The notes under the pieces are model-generated. The model did not search any database. It was not told the origin of the DNA and worked only from the letters and a program-made list of their open reading frames with translations. From Lytechinus pictus (lineage: Eukaryota), in NCBI RefSeq assembly GCF_037042905.1, contig NC_087248.1:6450001-6514000 (forward strand): a stretch of DNA of 64,000 bases. The letters run 5' to 3'. Below, piece by piece: positions 51,178 to 64,000 of this stretch. Position 1 is the first letter of the stretch. Each line of letters begins with the position of its first letter. The position numbers were made by a program, and so were the translations under genes.

Positions 51178-52234
51178 TAAGTCCTGCCATTTCATATATA
51201 ATTTGCACATTCAGTCAAATGCATTCATGTACATGTGTGGCTCGTCAAGTTTTCTGTACAACCAAGATCACTTGCCCTGAAGTACCCCCATGCAAATGTA
51301 CCTCTTGATCAAGATGGGAGCAATGAGGGGAATGAGACATGTAGGCATATGTCGGACATTGGGGGAATTTTCCTCTTTTCATAGAGACCAATTTGAATGC
51401 AGAGATACTTTGAGTTGTAAGAAAAGAACAAGTTACGTGTAGCCCAAATGTCAACACATACAGGGGTGTACTTAATTGCCAGATAGTTACTTCTATTTTT
51501 ATACATAGATGATAAGTTAGAATACAGTATTAATGTTAAAAAAAGTAGTTTTTGGATAATACACTACGTACATGTACATGTAGGCCCTACAGGTCTACAG
51601 AATGTACAGTTCTTATGTGTAGGACCTACTTAAATCTGCAGGACAAATGCTCAAAAATCCACTGGCCCATGAAACTGTTTTTATTCCAAAACCTCAAATC
51701 CAGCCTACTCAAAAAATTCTTACAAAAGCAGCATACAGCTTTTTGTTTATTACATGGGTTTTAAAGACTTTTTTTATGGATGAATTCCTGTTCGGTTTTT
51801 CTCACGCCCCATTCGTCTTTTCTTGAGACCGGTTTCCTTTTTTAGAATGTGTACTTAGATGGCTGCATATAGTAGTGCCTAGCTTAGAGCTTTATTAATG
51901 TATTACCAAATATATTATGTTTTTATTACAGCTTTCTTTTGCCAAGGTTTGAAGATAAATGCATGTTTATTAAAGTCAACTACAGGTAGCTTTCAGACAT
52001 AAAGTCAAATTGTTAATGATCATTTGCACCATTATGTCTGGAAAAGCTAGCCTGCATAAACCTAAAATTCCTGTTTATTTTTGTCTTTTTAGATTGGATC
52101 CCTTTCAATTGCAGTAATTTATCAGAATAAATGTATGTTTTTATCAACACAAATGCTGTATAGGTGAAACTTAATTACGTCAGGTCTTCACATTAGCGTA
52201 CTGCACCAATCCTTGTCAATTGTGAGGCTTCTAT

Positions 52235-52653
52235 AGGCGGTGCTGCACCATCCCGAGTTTGCTCAATCTCGAGATTTTAGCCCGATCGGCCCTAATCGCG
52301 ATTAATCTCGAGATTCAAGAAACCCCGTCTCCACCATCGCAAGAAGAGCTATTCCTGCTCGAGCGAGGCATCGATGCATTACCGGTACATGTATGGTCTG
52401 ACGCCGTGAATAAATAATCCCGAGTTCGTCTGCACCTACGAATTAGCGCGATAATTCGTAAAATAGCGCGCTATTTTGCAAATAATCCCAAGTTGACTTG
52501 GGATTGCAATCTCGAGATTAATCCTACGAACTACATGTAGCGCGATAATTGCGTCTCCATTGCAAATAATCTCGAGATTGTTCAGATCGGGATAATTTGT
52601 CGGATCAGAAATAGCGCGCTAATTTGAAAACTCGGGATGGTGCAGACGGCCCT
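52235..52653. mobile_element. MITE with internal short palindromes
   Basis: ctgcaccatcccgagttt / aaactcgggatggtgcag; repeated aatctcgagatt and tagcgcgcta. Confidence 0.8.
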
Positions 52654-53825
52654 TATCAGATGTTTTTAGGAATAAAATCTCAAGGAAGGTATTTAAAAAG
52701 AGAAAAAAAGACGACAAATGATTGGCCCAGGGTCAACACATATTCTGGTATACCCTTTGCATCTAAACACTAACAATTGAATTAGTGAACCTTAATTAAT
52801 ACATAGGTGAAATGGGATATCACTCAATAGCCAAGTTTCTTTAACTGTGTTTGTTCTGAGGCACAGAGCCGGCCAATTGATACTAAATTGAGGAAAGGCA
52901 GGTGCAATTAAGCAGTTAGTTGGTATATATATTTTAATTGATTGTGCTTCATTGGGTCACAGAGGTCAGGTGTATTGTATGTATTGCCACTGAGTGATTG
53001 AGAATATTTTTGTTAGATTGTCATTAGGATGTCAATAACAACATTCGTGTTGTGACTGCATGGGTGATCATGAATTGATAATTTGTTATTCTATGTTTCG
53101 TTTTACTTAGGCACAAGAGATTTAATATCACTTAAGTTCGCGCGCGTTCGGAACGCTCTATTGTCTTGCTAATCCCCATCACGAATGCGCTCGTAGTGCC
53201 CCCTGCATACACCCGAACGCAAGGATTACTTTTAACAAAGAAGTCAATAGAAAGCGCTGAAGTACTCCGTTCAGGATACCTACGAACGCAAGGATTACCA
53301 ATAACAAAGGAGTCAATAGAAAGCGCTTAAGTACTCCGTTCAGAACGGAGAATGGTTCTGCTCAGCTAGAAACAGCTACAGCCGGGTCCAGGGGGATTTT
53401 CCCCAAGTGATCAATGTGACCACAAAAAAAAGCAATTTGCCGATGTATGGATTTGAGATTCAATGCAGATCGTTTGGCGATCATTTTAAGAAATATCCTG
53501 AGTCAAAACCTCCCGCATTTTAATTCTGACGGACGTATTTCTTCATTTATATTAAAAGGTGATCAAGTACAGATGTTTTGCGCTCATGATAAGAAATTTC
53601 CCGTGTGTGAAGGGATGTCCAAACTTTGCGCTTTTTAATTTTGACGGACGATATATATATATACATGTATATATATTTCATTTATATTGAAAGTCAATAA
53701 ATTAGAGATTCGTTACAAATCGTCTAACAATGATTTAAAGACATTTCTCGAGTCAGAAGGGATGTTCAGACTTTGCGCTTTTTAATTTTGACGAACGTAT
53801 TTCATTTGATTAAAAAAAGTTAATC

Positions 53826-55700
53826 GTCAGAGAACTTAACGATGTCGGCGCTATCTCTTCGACATCAGATCAAGCGCGGAAGTCGTCCGCTAGTTTATCC
53901 TTTACATTTTTCTTCCCGTGGCCATCCTTTATTTCATACCCTGACATCGTTTATATGATCATAAATATGTTCTGACGTCAGATAACTTAACGATCGTCAA
54001 CGCTATCTCTCCAACATCAGGTTGGGTGCGGAAGTCGTCTATTAAATTATCATTAACATTTATCTTCCATGGTCATCATTTATTTCATACTCTGACATTG
54101 TTTACATAATCGTTAAATAGTTTCTGACGTCAGAAAACTTAACGATGTCGGCTTTATCTCAACGACATCAGATAAGGCGCGGAGGTCGTCCGCTATTTTG
54201 TCCTTGACATTTTTCCCCCGTGGTCATCCTTTATTTCACACCCTAACATCGTTTACATGATCGTTAAATATGTTCTGACGTCAGAGAACTTCACGATGTT
54301 GGCGCTATCTCTACGACATCGGATCAGGCGCGGAGGTCGTCCACTATTTTATACTTGACATTTTTTTCCCGTGGTCATCCTTTATTTCACACCCTAACAT
54401 CGTTTACATGATCATAAAATAGATTTTGACGTCAGAAAACTTCACGCTGTCGGCGCTATCTCTACGACATCGGATCAGGCGCGGAGGTCGTCCGCTATTT
54501 TGTCCTTGACATTTTTTTCCCGTGGTCATCCTTTATTTCACAGCCTAACATCGTTTACATGATCGTTAAATGTATGTTCTGACGTCAGAGAACTTCACGA
54601 TGTTGGCGCTATCTCTACGACATCGGATCAGGCGCGCAGGTCGTCCGCTATTCTATCCTTGACATTTTTTTTTCTGTGGTAATCATTTATTTCACACCCT
54701 AACATCGTTTACATGATCGTTAAATATGTTCTGACGTCAGAGAACTTCACGATGTTGGCGCTATCTCTACGACATCGGATCAGGCCCGGAGGTCGTCCAC
54801 TATTTTATACTTGACATTTTTTTTCCCGTGGTAATCATTTATTTCACACCCTAACATCGTTTACATGATCATAAAATGGATTTTGACGTCAGAAAACTTC
54901 ACGATGTCGGCGCTATCTCTACGACATCGGATCAGGCGCGGAGGTCGTCCACTATTTTATACTTGACATTTTTTTTCCCGTGGTAATCATTTATTTCACA
55001 CCCTAACATCGTTTACATGATCATAAAATGGATTTTGACGTCAGAAAACTTCACGATGTCGGCGCTATCTCTACGACATCGGATCAGGCGCGGAGGTCGT
55101 CCACTATTTTATACTTGACATTTTTTTTCCCGTGGTTATCATTTATTTTACACCCTAACATCGTTTACATGATCATAAAATGGATTTTGACGTCAGAAAA
55201 CTTCACGATGTCGGCGCTATCTATACGACATCGGATCAGGCGCGGAGGTCGTCCACTATTTTATACTTGACATTTTTCTTCCCGTGGTCATCATTTATTT
55301 CATACTCTGACATTATTTACATGATCGTTAAATAGTTTCTGACGTCAGAAAACTTAACGATGTCGGCTTTATCTCTACGACATCAGATAAGGCGCGGAGG
55401 TCGTCCGCTATTTTGTCCTTAACATTTTTTTCCCCGTGGTCATCCTTTATTTCACACCCTAACATCGTTTACATGATCGTTAAATATGTTCTGACGTCAG
55501 AGAACTTCACGATGTTGGCGCTATCTCTACGACATCGGATCAGGCGCGGAGGTCGTCCACTATTTTATACTTGACATTTTTCTTCCCGTGGTCATCATTT
55601 ACTTCATACTCTGACATTATTTACATGATCGTTAAATAGGTTCTGACGTAAGAAAACTTAACGATGTCGGCTATCTCTACGACATCAGGCGCAGAAGTCG
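53826..55700 (+). repeat. Tandem array of a ~152-bp unit, about 12 copies
   Basis: gacgtcag recurs at e.g. 54885, 55037, 55189. Confidence 0.95.
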
Positions 55701-57442
55701 CTACCCCCCCCCCCCCCCACCCTCTCTCTCTCTATATATATATCTCACACATAGCACACCGAGGCTCAATGATTGCAACACGATGTTTTTCTATTGCGCA
55801 ATCCACAACTGGATTTGATTGACATGAACTGAGAGATTGACCTTTTTCCATGATGAAACCACGTGTTTTCTGCAATGTTTATAAATATTTAACTGTGATA
55901 AGAAAAATTTGGGCACCAATAAAGTGAGGAGTTTGAGAGAGGGAGAGAGAGGGAGGGGGGGTCTATGGATGGAGAGGAAAGAGCGAGAGATGGGGGGGGG
56001 GGCTTTGAGGTTGTTTTCTACAGTATACTTCAGTTTTAAACATTTATTTCATATCGGGTAGCATCAAAGTTTAGACATCCCTTCTGACTCGATAAATGTC
56101 GCAAAATAACTTCTAAACGATAATAATGTACGTTTAATCTTGCAGTAAACTGTGCTCTTTTAAATTCTTGACGCTTAAAAACTTGGACAATACCATACTG
56201 CTAAAGGCGACCCCCCCCCCCTTATTTGAATGCAGGATTAAAGAACACTGCGGATTAAATGCCTTGCTGATGGGCATAGGTGCCGCGGCCGGGGATTGAC
56301 CCCCGGAGTGATTCTTAAGGTATGAATGACTTCAAAGTGTATGTTATTGTTTGAGCGAACGTAAATCTCCTTTGACGCGGATTCGGGTCAGAATTGTTTA
56401 GGCATTAACAGAACTTCTAATCCAGTGGGTAGGGGGGGGGGGTCGAATATATTTGAGCATGATAGATCACAATAATGACAAGTATACGATCATGAAAATA
56501 ACGAGGGAGTAGGAGATAATGATCACTCATTATAGGCATATCATTGTGACCAATGTTTTTTTTCCTTGTGATTTTCATAATATGATCGTTATTGAATGAA
56601 ACCATTTCCCCAAACCCCCTGAAATTCGACATTGCTGTATTGATAAATTCTTACTCCGACATCGGAGGCTTATATGTTTTAACGACTTCAGAGCTTATTA
56701 TGCAATTTGCATTGTGAAATTATAATCATTATCTTCCAACCAAATATGATTCTCGCTTTTTCTCGATCCGACATGGGCGGAAATCCCAGGGGGGACAGGG
56801 GGGACGTGTCCCCCCTACCAAAAATAGTAGGGGGGGGCACAATATCAAATGTCCCCCCTACTATTTTTGGTCTTTTATGATGGAGAAAAATGCATCATTC
56901 ACATTCGAAATAATACATGTATTTTGGACTAAATGACCTTACATTTTGGGTGAAAACCTTTGTTTATTTTGCTTGTCAAATTTTCAAGAGTGAATAAAAT
57001 AAGATGAGGTGAAAACTTGGAAAGAATCTTTCATGTCACTATATAAAATTTTCGCTCGCGCTTCGCGCTCGCATTGCCTGTTAGGTGATTTTTCAATATG
57101 GAGCTTAAATATCATGTTTGGAAGTCAATATACATTATACATTTCACCTCGGAAATCGAACTTTCATTATTTTGTGTGATTTACAAACGGATCTTTAAAA
57201 AAGTGATCTATAAAAGTTACAGCTTTATGGTCTGAATATTGGCATTTTCTACTCGCACTGAGCGCTCGCAAAATTCGATTTATTCAGTACCTATTATTTT
57301 TGTGTATTCCATTTAGATTGAAAATATCCCTTTTCAAGTCTGATTGTCAAAACGTAGCAGATAATGCTACTTGTATTTTGATTGGCGATTTATGTATGTC
57401 TCAATATTGATTTTCATGACAGTTTATCAAAGATTTTGGCTC

Positions 57443-59295
57443 GCGCCGACATCGTTAATTTGTCTGACGTCAGAACCTATTTTATGATCATGTAAACGAT
57501 GTCAGGGTATGATATAAAGGAAAACCACGGGGAGAAAAATATCAAGGATAAACTAGCGGACGACCTCCGCGCCTGATCTGATGTCGGAGAGATAGCGCCG
57601 ACATCGTTAAGTTGTCTGACGTCAGAACCTGTTTTATGATCATGTAAACGATGTCAGGGTATGATATAAAGGAAAACCACGGGGAGAAAAATATCAAGGA
57701 TAAACTAGCGGACGACCTCCGCGCCTGATCTGATGTCGGAGAGATAGCACCGACATCGTTAAGTTGTCCGACGTCTGAACCTATTTTATGGTCATGTAAA
57801 CGATGTCAGGGTATGATATAAAGGAAAACCACGGGGAGAAAAATATCAAGGATAAACTAGCGGACGACCTCCGCGCCTGATCTGATGTCGGAGAGATAGC
57901 ACCGACATCGTTAAGTTGTCCGACGTCTGAACCTATTTTATGATCATGTAAACGATGTCAGGGTATGAAATAAAAGATGACCACGGGAAGAAAAATGTCA
58001 AGGATAAACTAGCGGACGACCTCCGCGCCTTATCTTATCTGATGTGGGAGAGATAGCGCCGACATCGTTAATTTGTCTGACGTCAGAACCTATTTATGAT
58101 CATGTAAACGATGTCAGGGTATGATATAAAGGAAAGCCACGGGGAGAAAAATGCCAAGGATAAACTCGCGGACGACCTCCACGCCTGATCTGATGTCGGA
58201 GAGATAGCGCCGACATCGTTAAGTTGTCTGACGTCAGAACCTGTTTTATGATCATGTAAACGATGTCAGGGTATGATATAAAGGAAAACCACGGGGAGAA
58301 AAATATCAAGGATAAACTAGCGGACGACCTCCGCGCCTGATCTGATGTCGGAGAGATAGCACCGACATCGTTAAGTTGTCCGACGTCTGAACCTATTTTA
58401 TGGTCATGTAAACGATGTCAGGGTATGATATAAAGGAAAACCACGGGGAGAAAAATATCAAGGATAAACTAGCGGACGACCTCCGCGCCTGATCTGATGT
58501 CGGAGAGATAGCACCGACATCGTTAAGTTGTCCGACGTCTGAACCTATTTTATGATCATGTAAACGATGTCAGGGTATGAAATAAAAGATGACCACGGGA
58601 AGAAAAATGTCAAGGATAAACTAGCGGACGACCTCCGCGCCTTATCTTATCTGATGTGGGAGAGATAGCGCCGACATCGTTAATTTGTCTGACGTCAGAA
58701 CCTATTTATGATCATGTAAACGATGTCAGGGTATGATATAAAGGAAAGCCACGGGGAGAAAAATGCCAAGGATAAACTCGCGGACGACCTCCACGCCTGA
58801 TCTGATGTCGGAGAGATAGCACCGACAAAGTTGTCCGACGTCTGAACCTATTTTATGATCATGTAAACGATGTCAGGGTATGAAATAAAGGATGACCATG
58901 GAAAGAAAAATGTCAAGGATAAACTAGCGGACGACCTCCGCGCCTGATCTGATGTCGAAGAGATAGCGTTGACATCGTTAAGTTGTCTGACGTCAGAACC
59001 TATTTTATGATCATGTAAACGATGTCAGGGTATGAAATAAAGGATGACCATGGAAAGAAAAATATCAAGGATAAACTAGCGGACAATCTCCGCGCCTTAT
59101 CTGATGTGGGAGAGAAAGCGCCGACATCGTTAGGTTGTCTGACGTCAGAACCTATTTTATGATCATGTAAACGATGTCAGGGTTTGATATAAAGGAAAAC
59201 CACGGGAAGAAAAATGTCAAGGATAAACTAGCGGACGACCTCCGCGCCTGATCTGATGTCGGAGAGATAGCACCGACATCGTTAAGTTGTCTGAC
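57443..59295 (-). repeat. Reverse-orientation tandem array of the same ~152-bp unit, about 12 copies
   Basis: Units are reverse complements of the 53.8-55.7 kb array; there is a ~612-bp higher-order repeat. Confidence 0.95.
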
Positions 59296-60424
59296 TATCA
59301 ACTTTAAATTAAATGAAATACGTTCGTCAAAATTAAAAAGCGCAAATTTTGGACATCCCATCTAACTCGAGAAATGTCTTTAAATCATTGTTAGACGATT
59401 TGTAACGAATGTCTAATTTATTGACTTTCAATATAAATTTAAAAATAACGTCCGTCAAAATCAAAAAGCGGAAAGTTTGGACATCCCTTCTGACTTGAGA
59501 AAGTTCGCAAATTGACTTCTGAACGATCTGTACTGAATGTCAAATGATTAACTTTCAATATAAATGAAAAAAATATCGTCCGTCCAAATAAAAAAGTGCA
59601 AAGTTTGGACATTCCTTCATACACGGGAAATGTCTTAAAATTCTCGACAAACGATCTGTATTGAATGTCAAAATGGTTATAAATGAACAAATACGCCCGG
59701 CGAAATTAAAAAGGGGAAGGTTGATAATAAACTTTCAACTTTCAAACTATCAATGAATAAATACGAGGACGCGTGTTTTTTTCGTCCAACTTAAGAAGCG
59801 CTCAAAGTTTGATCATCCCTTTTTATTCGGGAAATGCCCAGCGTTGTAGTAAGAAATCGCTATCAAGGCTTGAATTAATCCCAACGTTCGCACGTATTCA
59901 TTCATTAATAATCCGACCGTTCGTTTTCCCGTTCAGTGAACACCCCTTTTGTGCGAGAAGACAATGAAAATCAGTACTCTTCTCAGCTCAATCCTTGAGT
60001 AGGATTCTGAACGTGAATGAACTTGAGCGAACGGGGTCTATTGTCTACTCTTTTAATCCCCGTTCAGAACCCGTTCAGAACCCGTTCAGAGCCCGTTCGC
60101 ACGCAAGAGGGATTTAATCTCTTGTGCCTTACACATGTAGTGCAAAGAGTATACCTGCTATTGTATTTTTTTGTTGCCTTGAGAATTGAACTCTCCTTTA
60201 TAGTAGAAATTGATTCATGATATCCAGTTTCTCAAATTATTGCTCATTTTCCTTATATATATTGCACAAAACTCCTCTCACTCATTGGACCCAGTCTTAA
60301 TATTCAAGTTCATATGTAGCAAATTATTTTTGTCTTTGCTTGTATTGTCTTGATTGTTGCAGCTAATTTAGATTTGATCCTAAAAATTGAAGGGCAGCAT
60401 ACATGTATGTAGGTATTGGAAGTT

Positions 60425-60813
60425 CTAATACCCCTTTCATAAACCCAATTATGCGGCTAATAGCAGCATAATTTGGTCGTAAAAATCGGAGGAGGACCAG
60501 AGTTATCCGCATTATTTTGATGCTGCAATTATCCGCATAATAGCAGCATCGGGACAAGATTTTGAGTTTATGAACGTATTTTGAAATAATGCGGATAATT
60601 GCCATGGTGCGGTCACAAGGTCACCCTTTTCCAACACAACCGCATCGGAGGGGGCGTGTCCAGTTGTCATGACGATTATCCGCCTTTTTCAGGACGGGCG
60701 CTCGTAAAAATAATGCGGATAATTTTGGAAGTTTGTGAACGCAATTTTTATTGAATTATCCGCATTACTATTAGGCGTCTAATTGGAGGATAGGTTTATG
60801 AAAGGGGTATTAG
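60425..60813. mobile_element. MITE
   Basis: ctaatacccctttcataaacc / ggtttatgaaaggggtattag; internal ttatccgcat / atgcggataa motifs. Confidence 0.85.
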
Positions 60814-63800
60814 ATGAATGTGCCTTGCTTTGTATATTATTGCTTAAAAAGCATTTAAACAACAGAAACAAGTTTAATTGTTTACTTTTCTGCCAAAAGC
60901 TTATTTTGGTCTGACTTGGAGCTTTGAAGGGGTTTGTTATATTTGCAGTTGGTCAAATGCTTTTCTTAAACATGCAGCAGTGTGTAAATAGTCCGCTGGT
61001 CTCTTCAAGATGTTGGTGAAGATGTCTTAAAATAGAAAACGACCATTCAGACTGTTGTATCTCGGGCATTGTATCAGTTGTTCTTTGATTGAGCAGTTAT
61101 ATCTGTAAGGCAAATGGTGGAGATGTTTTCGCAGTTCCTCAATGGAAATAATTAGATTTTAATCAAGTAACAATTTACATTTGTAGAGGATGAATGAAAG
61201 GATAGAGAGAGGGAGAGAGATAAAGTGGGGAAGGGGGTTGGGCAGAGATCGGATCAAAGATTTGAAGTAGAAGGGCTCTCAACTGTTTATTGCATGAAAT
61301 AAATATAAAGTCTCTAATGATGATGCTGGCATGCAGGCTGTGTTAACTAATTAAAAATGGATGAGGTTAAAAAAAAAACACAATCTTTCATGATATAAAA
61401 AAAATATTTTCTTTTTAGAAATTTACATGGAGTATGTACTTGAATCCTCAAAAATATGCAATATTTAACACATTATTTCCAGGAGTTGCATTGAGAATAT
61501 GAAGCTGAATTTAAATATGTTGAAATGTACAAAATGTATTTACCTTTAAAATGTCATTTATTTTGTTGTTATTATTACAATATCTTTTTTTTGTTTTTTT
61601 GTTTTTAGCATTTTTTAATTATTTTTTTTAATTTCTAAACTTATATTTGAAACATTAAATTCTTTATTTTAATAGCAATGATACAAGTAATATGATTTTA
61701 AGATTTTGTATGTGTTTCTTGTGTATTCATTTTCCAATTTTATGTTTATTGGTTTGCTCTTTGAAAACAAAAAAGAAATTCAATCAATTATCAAAATAAT
61801 ATCAAATTACATGTACATGTATTTTGCTATTTTCAAGAATCCCAGGTATTTCTTCACAGAAACATTCTATCTATGAAATCACGAATAATTTTCTCACAGT
61901 GCGATTTCAATCTCTCTACTTCTATTCTAATGAAATGTGCAAACTAAGGAATTTTCATACTCAAATAGCCCAAAGCCGTTTCTTTCAAGCTTTCTTCATG
62001 TAGTAAACAATGGGAAAAGGCCTTTGTATGACAAAGGCAGTCAAAAGACTGTCAAATTGCTACACAGTAGATCTGCCTTCACTGCAGTGAATCTCTTCTA
62101 AAAAAAATACAAATGATAACTAAGTCACTGTTCTAAATGATGTTTTCTTCTCTTTTGTAAATAATGAAAATACCTCTTACATCTCAAGAAACGGCTCTCT
62201 GAAATAGCTCTCATGAATTATGTTGTGTGCACATGCATGTGTGTGTACTGTCTTTTTTGTGGGGGGGGGGGGGGTAACCATAAGCAGTAAAAGACAGCGA
62301 AATTAACTTGAGTCTTTTTATGTTTTTCTTTATTTCTTGGGACCAATAAATTTTTGGTTTGGACCAGTAGAAGTGGCTTACTGGGTAGCCTATATCTACT
62401 GGTTCGACCAAGGAGATCGAGATATCACCTTGGTTCGACCAAGGAGATATCACCTTGGTTCGACATGAACAGCTTGGACTAGTAGAAAAAGGGTTACATG
62501 TAGTGTGGAGCCCTGGCTTAGTGCTTGTAACTCTGTGATCTGTCCCATTAGTTCTGTAATAGTTCAATACACATACTCTAAAATGACATTCAATTCATTT
62601 TCATAGTAATGGAAGAAAGAAAATTTGAAGAAATATACATGTACATCTTTGATTGAAAAATCCCTCCTTGGGTTGGCATCACTTTCACAGCCCATATAAT
62701 ACCTCTAAAAATCACTTATTCTTTCAACAAATAATGATTCAACTATAATCGCATACTTGAAGAGATTAGGCATACATTTAGCTGGATACTGTGCATGAAT
62801 AGTGCACTGACGCACTCTTTAGGTGTAATCCTCTTTATAGTTTACGCTGATTTCCTTGTTTTCAGGTTTTGGATTAAAATTCCCCACTAAAAGAAACTTA
62901 TCTATAATTGGTAAATTACATTGGATTGAATCTGTAATTTAGGAGGATTTTGTTTTGGTTCCATTGATAATTGAAATTCTCTCATAACGTTGGTAGTTAG
63001 ATATATAAAATGATGTTTTTAAAGATATTTTGATTTGTCTAGTACCTAAAAATTACAATTCACAAACCCTTTTAGGTGAATCCACCCCCCCCCCCTTGAG
63101 GGAGGGGGATGATTTGCCTGCCCTTGCAATTTACTGTATAGTGGTTCAGTTATGTTTTTCAGTTTTAATATATTTTTATTTACTGCAAAGAGAGCGTAGA
63201 TGCTTGGAAGTGCTGGTAAGCAACCAAAAGACTGATGGCTTGAGGTCCTATCCTATCCAAGGGACCTTGTAAAAATCAGCATTGAGCATCAAGAGGAAAT
63301 TGATAACATCAAAAGGAATGCCATAGGAATGCATACAGAAAGTGACTTCCTCATTCTTTATTTGGTCATGTGAGGGAATGTTATGTCAGTTCTTGTGTTA
63401 TCAAAATCACAAGGTGTATTTTTTTGGTACTACATGTACCCATGAGACCGACACCCACAGGTTTAGATTAATTAATTAAAGACTGTTTTACAAGTCTGAC
63501 GACTACATGTAACATGCTCGACAGAGTCAAATATACATGTATGTAGGCCAACAAGACAGAAAGTACATGACTCGCCATCAGGAGTATGATGCTGCATGTA
63601 GATAGAGATCCATGTAACTTCACGAAGTTGGCTCTCGAGATGCACGAAACGGACAGTGCCATCTGTAGATTTGATAGAAGAGTCAGTTTACAGAGGCAGA
63701 CATTACAGTATCAAACAGTATGTGACACTAATAACAACCACTGATTTTATGCCACAGTCCCCATCAAGGAAACCGACTCCAGACCTTTCAAAATGATTTT

Positions 63801-64000
63801 TTTTTTCAATGACTGTACCAGACAGTTTGGACTTGTTTTCCATTGGTGTGATTGTAAAAACAGATAAAGACCCTCCAAAAGGGTACTTGATCCTCCTGAT
63901 GAAATCAATTCAAACTTTTAATACAAAAGAGCTTTTAAAAAAAGTTTGCTTACATATATGAATCGTTAATGCATAAATTGAAACCCCCAAACTGGAATTC

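Larger units (their letters stand above)
53110..60128. mobile_element. 7.0-kb foldback element, TTA target duplication (PIF/Harbinger-like), with two mirror-image 152-bp satellite arrays
   Basis: TTA|ggcacaagagatt ... aatctcttgtgcc|TTA; inverted sub-terminal arms; no transposase ORF seen. Confidence 0.8.

Noticed and set aside
53826..59295. CRISPR-like regular array
   Set aside because: Whole 152-bp units repeat with no unique spacers, there are no cas genes, and the context is eukaryotic; it is a satellite.
62400..62465. Short ggttcgaccaaggagat tandem repeat resembling a B-box
   Set aside because: Only 2-3 copies from local slippage, with no A-box or tRNA structure.
63180..63340. Candidate second exon of the 40.7-kb gene (also ~51250-51400)
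   Set aside because: No convincing acceptor, open frame and donor combination could be established.

Overview
This is AT-rich, intron-rich animal genomic DNA. The repeat landscape and gene type suggest a sea urchin or other echinoderm; that is inference, not proven. The first 33 kb hold a tandem + strand cluster of three four-exon secreted C-type-lectin-domain (CTLD) genes, each built as signal peptide / CTLD split over two exons / Thr-Ser mucin stalk / C-terminal module, with all introns phase 1. Gene 1 ends in a PAN/apple-like domain. Genes 2 and 3, plus a degraded orphan copy at ~14.3 kb, end in a different ~60-aa module I do not recognise. At 40721 the first coding exon of an unrelated, unidentified gene begins, followed by what appears to be a >22-kb intron. 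The non-coding space is dense with non-autonomous transposons: MITEs with TA, 3-bp, 8-bp and TTAA target duplications, tRNA-derived SINEs, L2/CR1-type LINE 3' fragments, two large foldback elements with mirror-image satellite arrays (3.2 kb and 7.0 kb), a 2-kb composite palindrome and a 1.8-kb (ATCT)n array. No prokaryotic features, CRISPR arrays or true tRNA/rRNA genes are supported. All coordinates and counts were read by eye.
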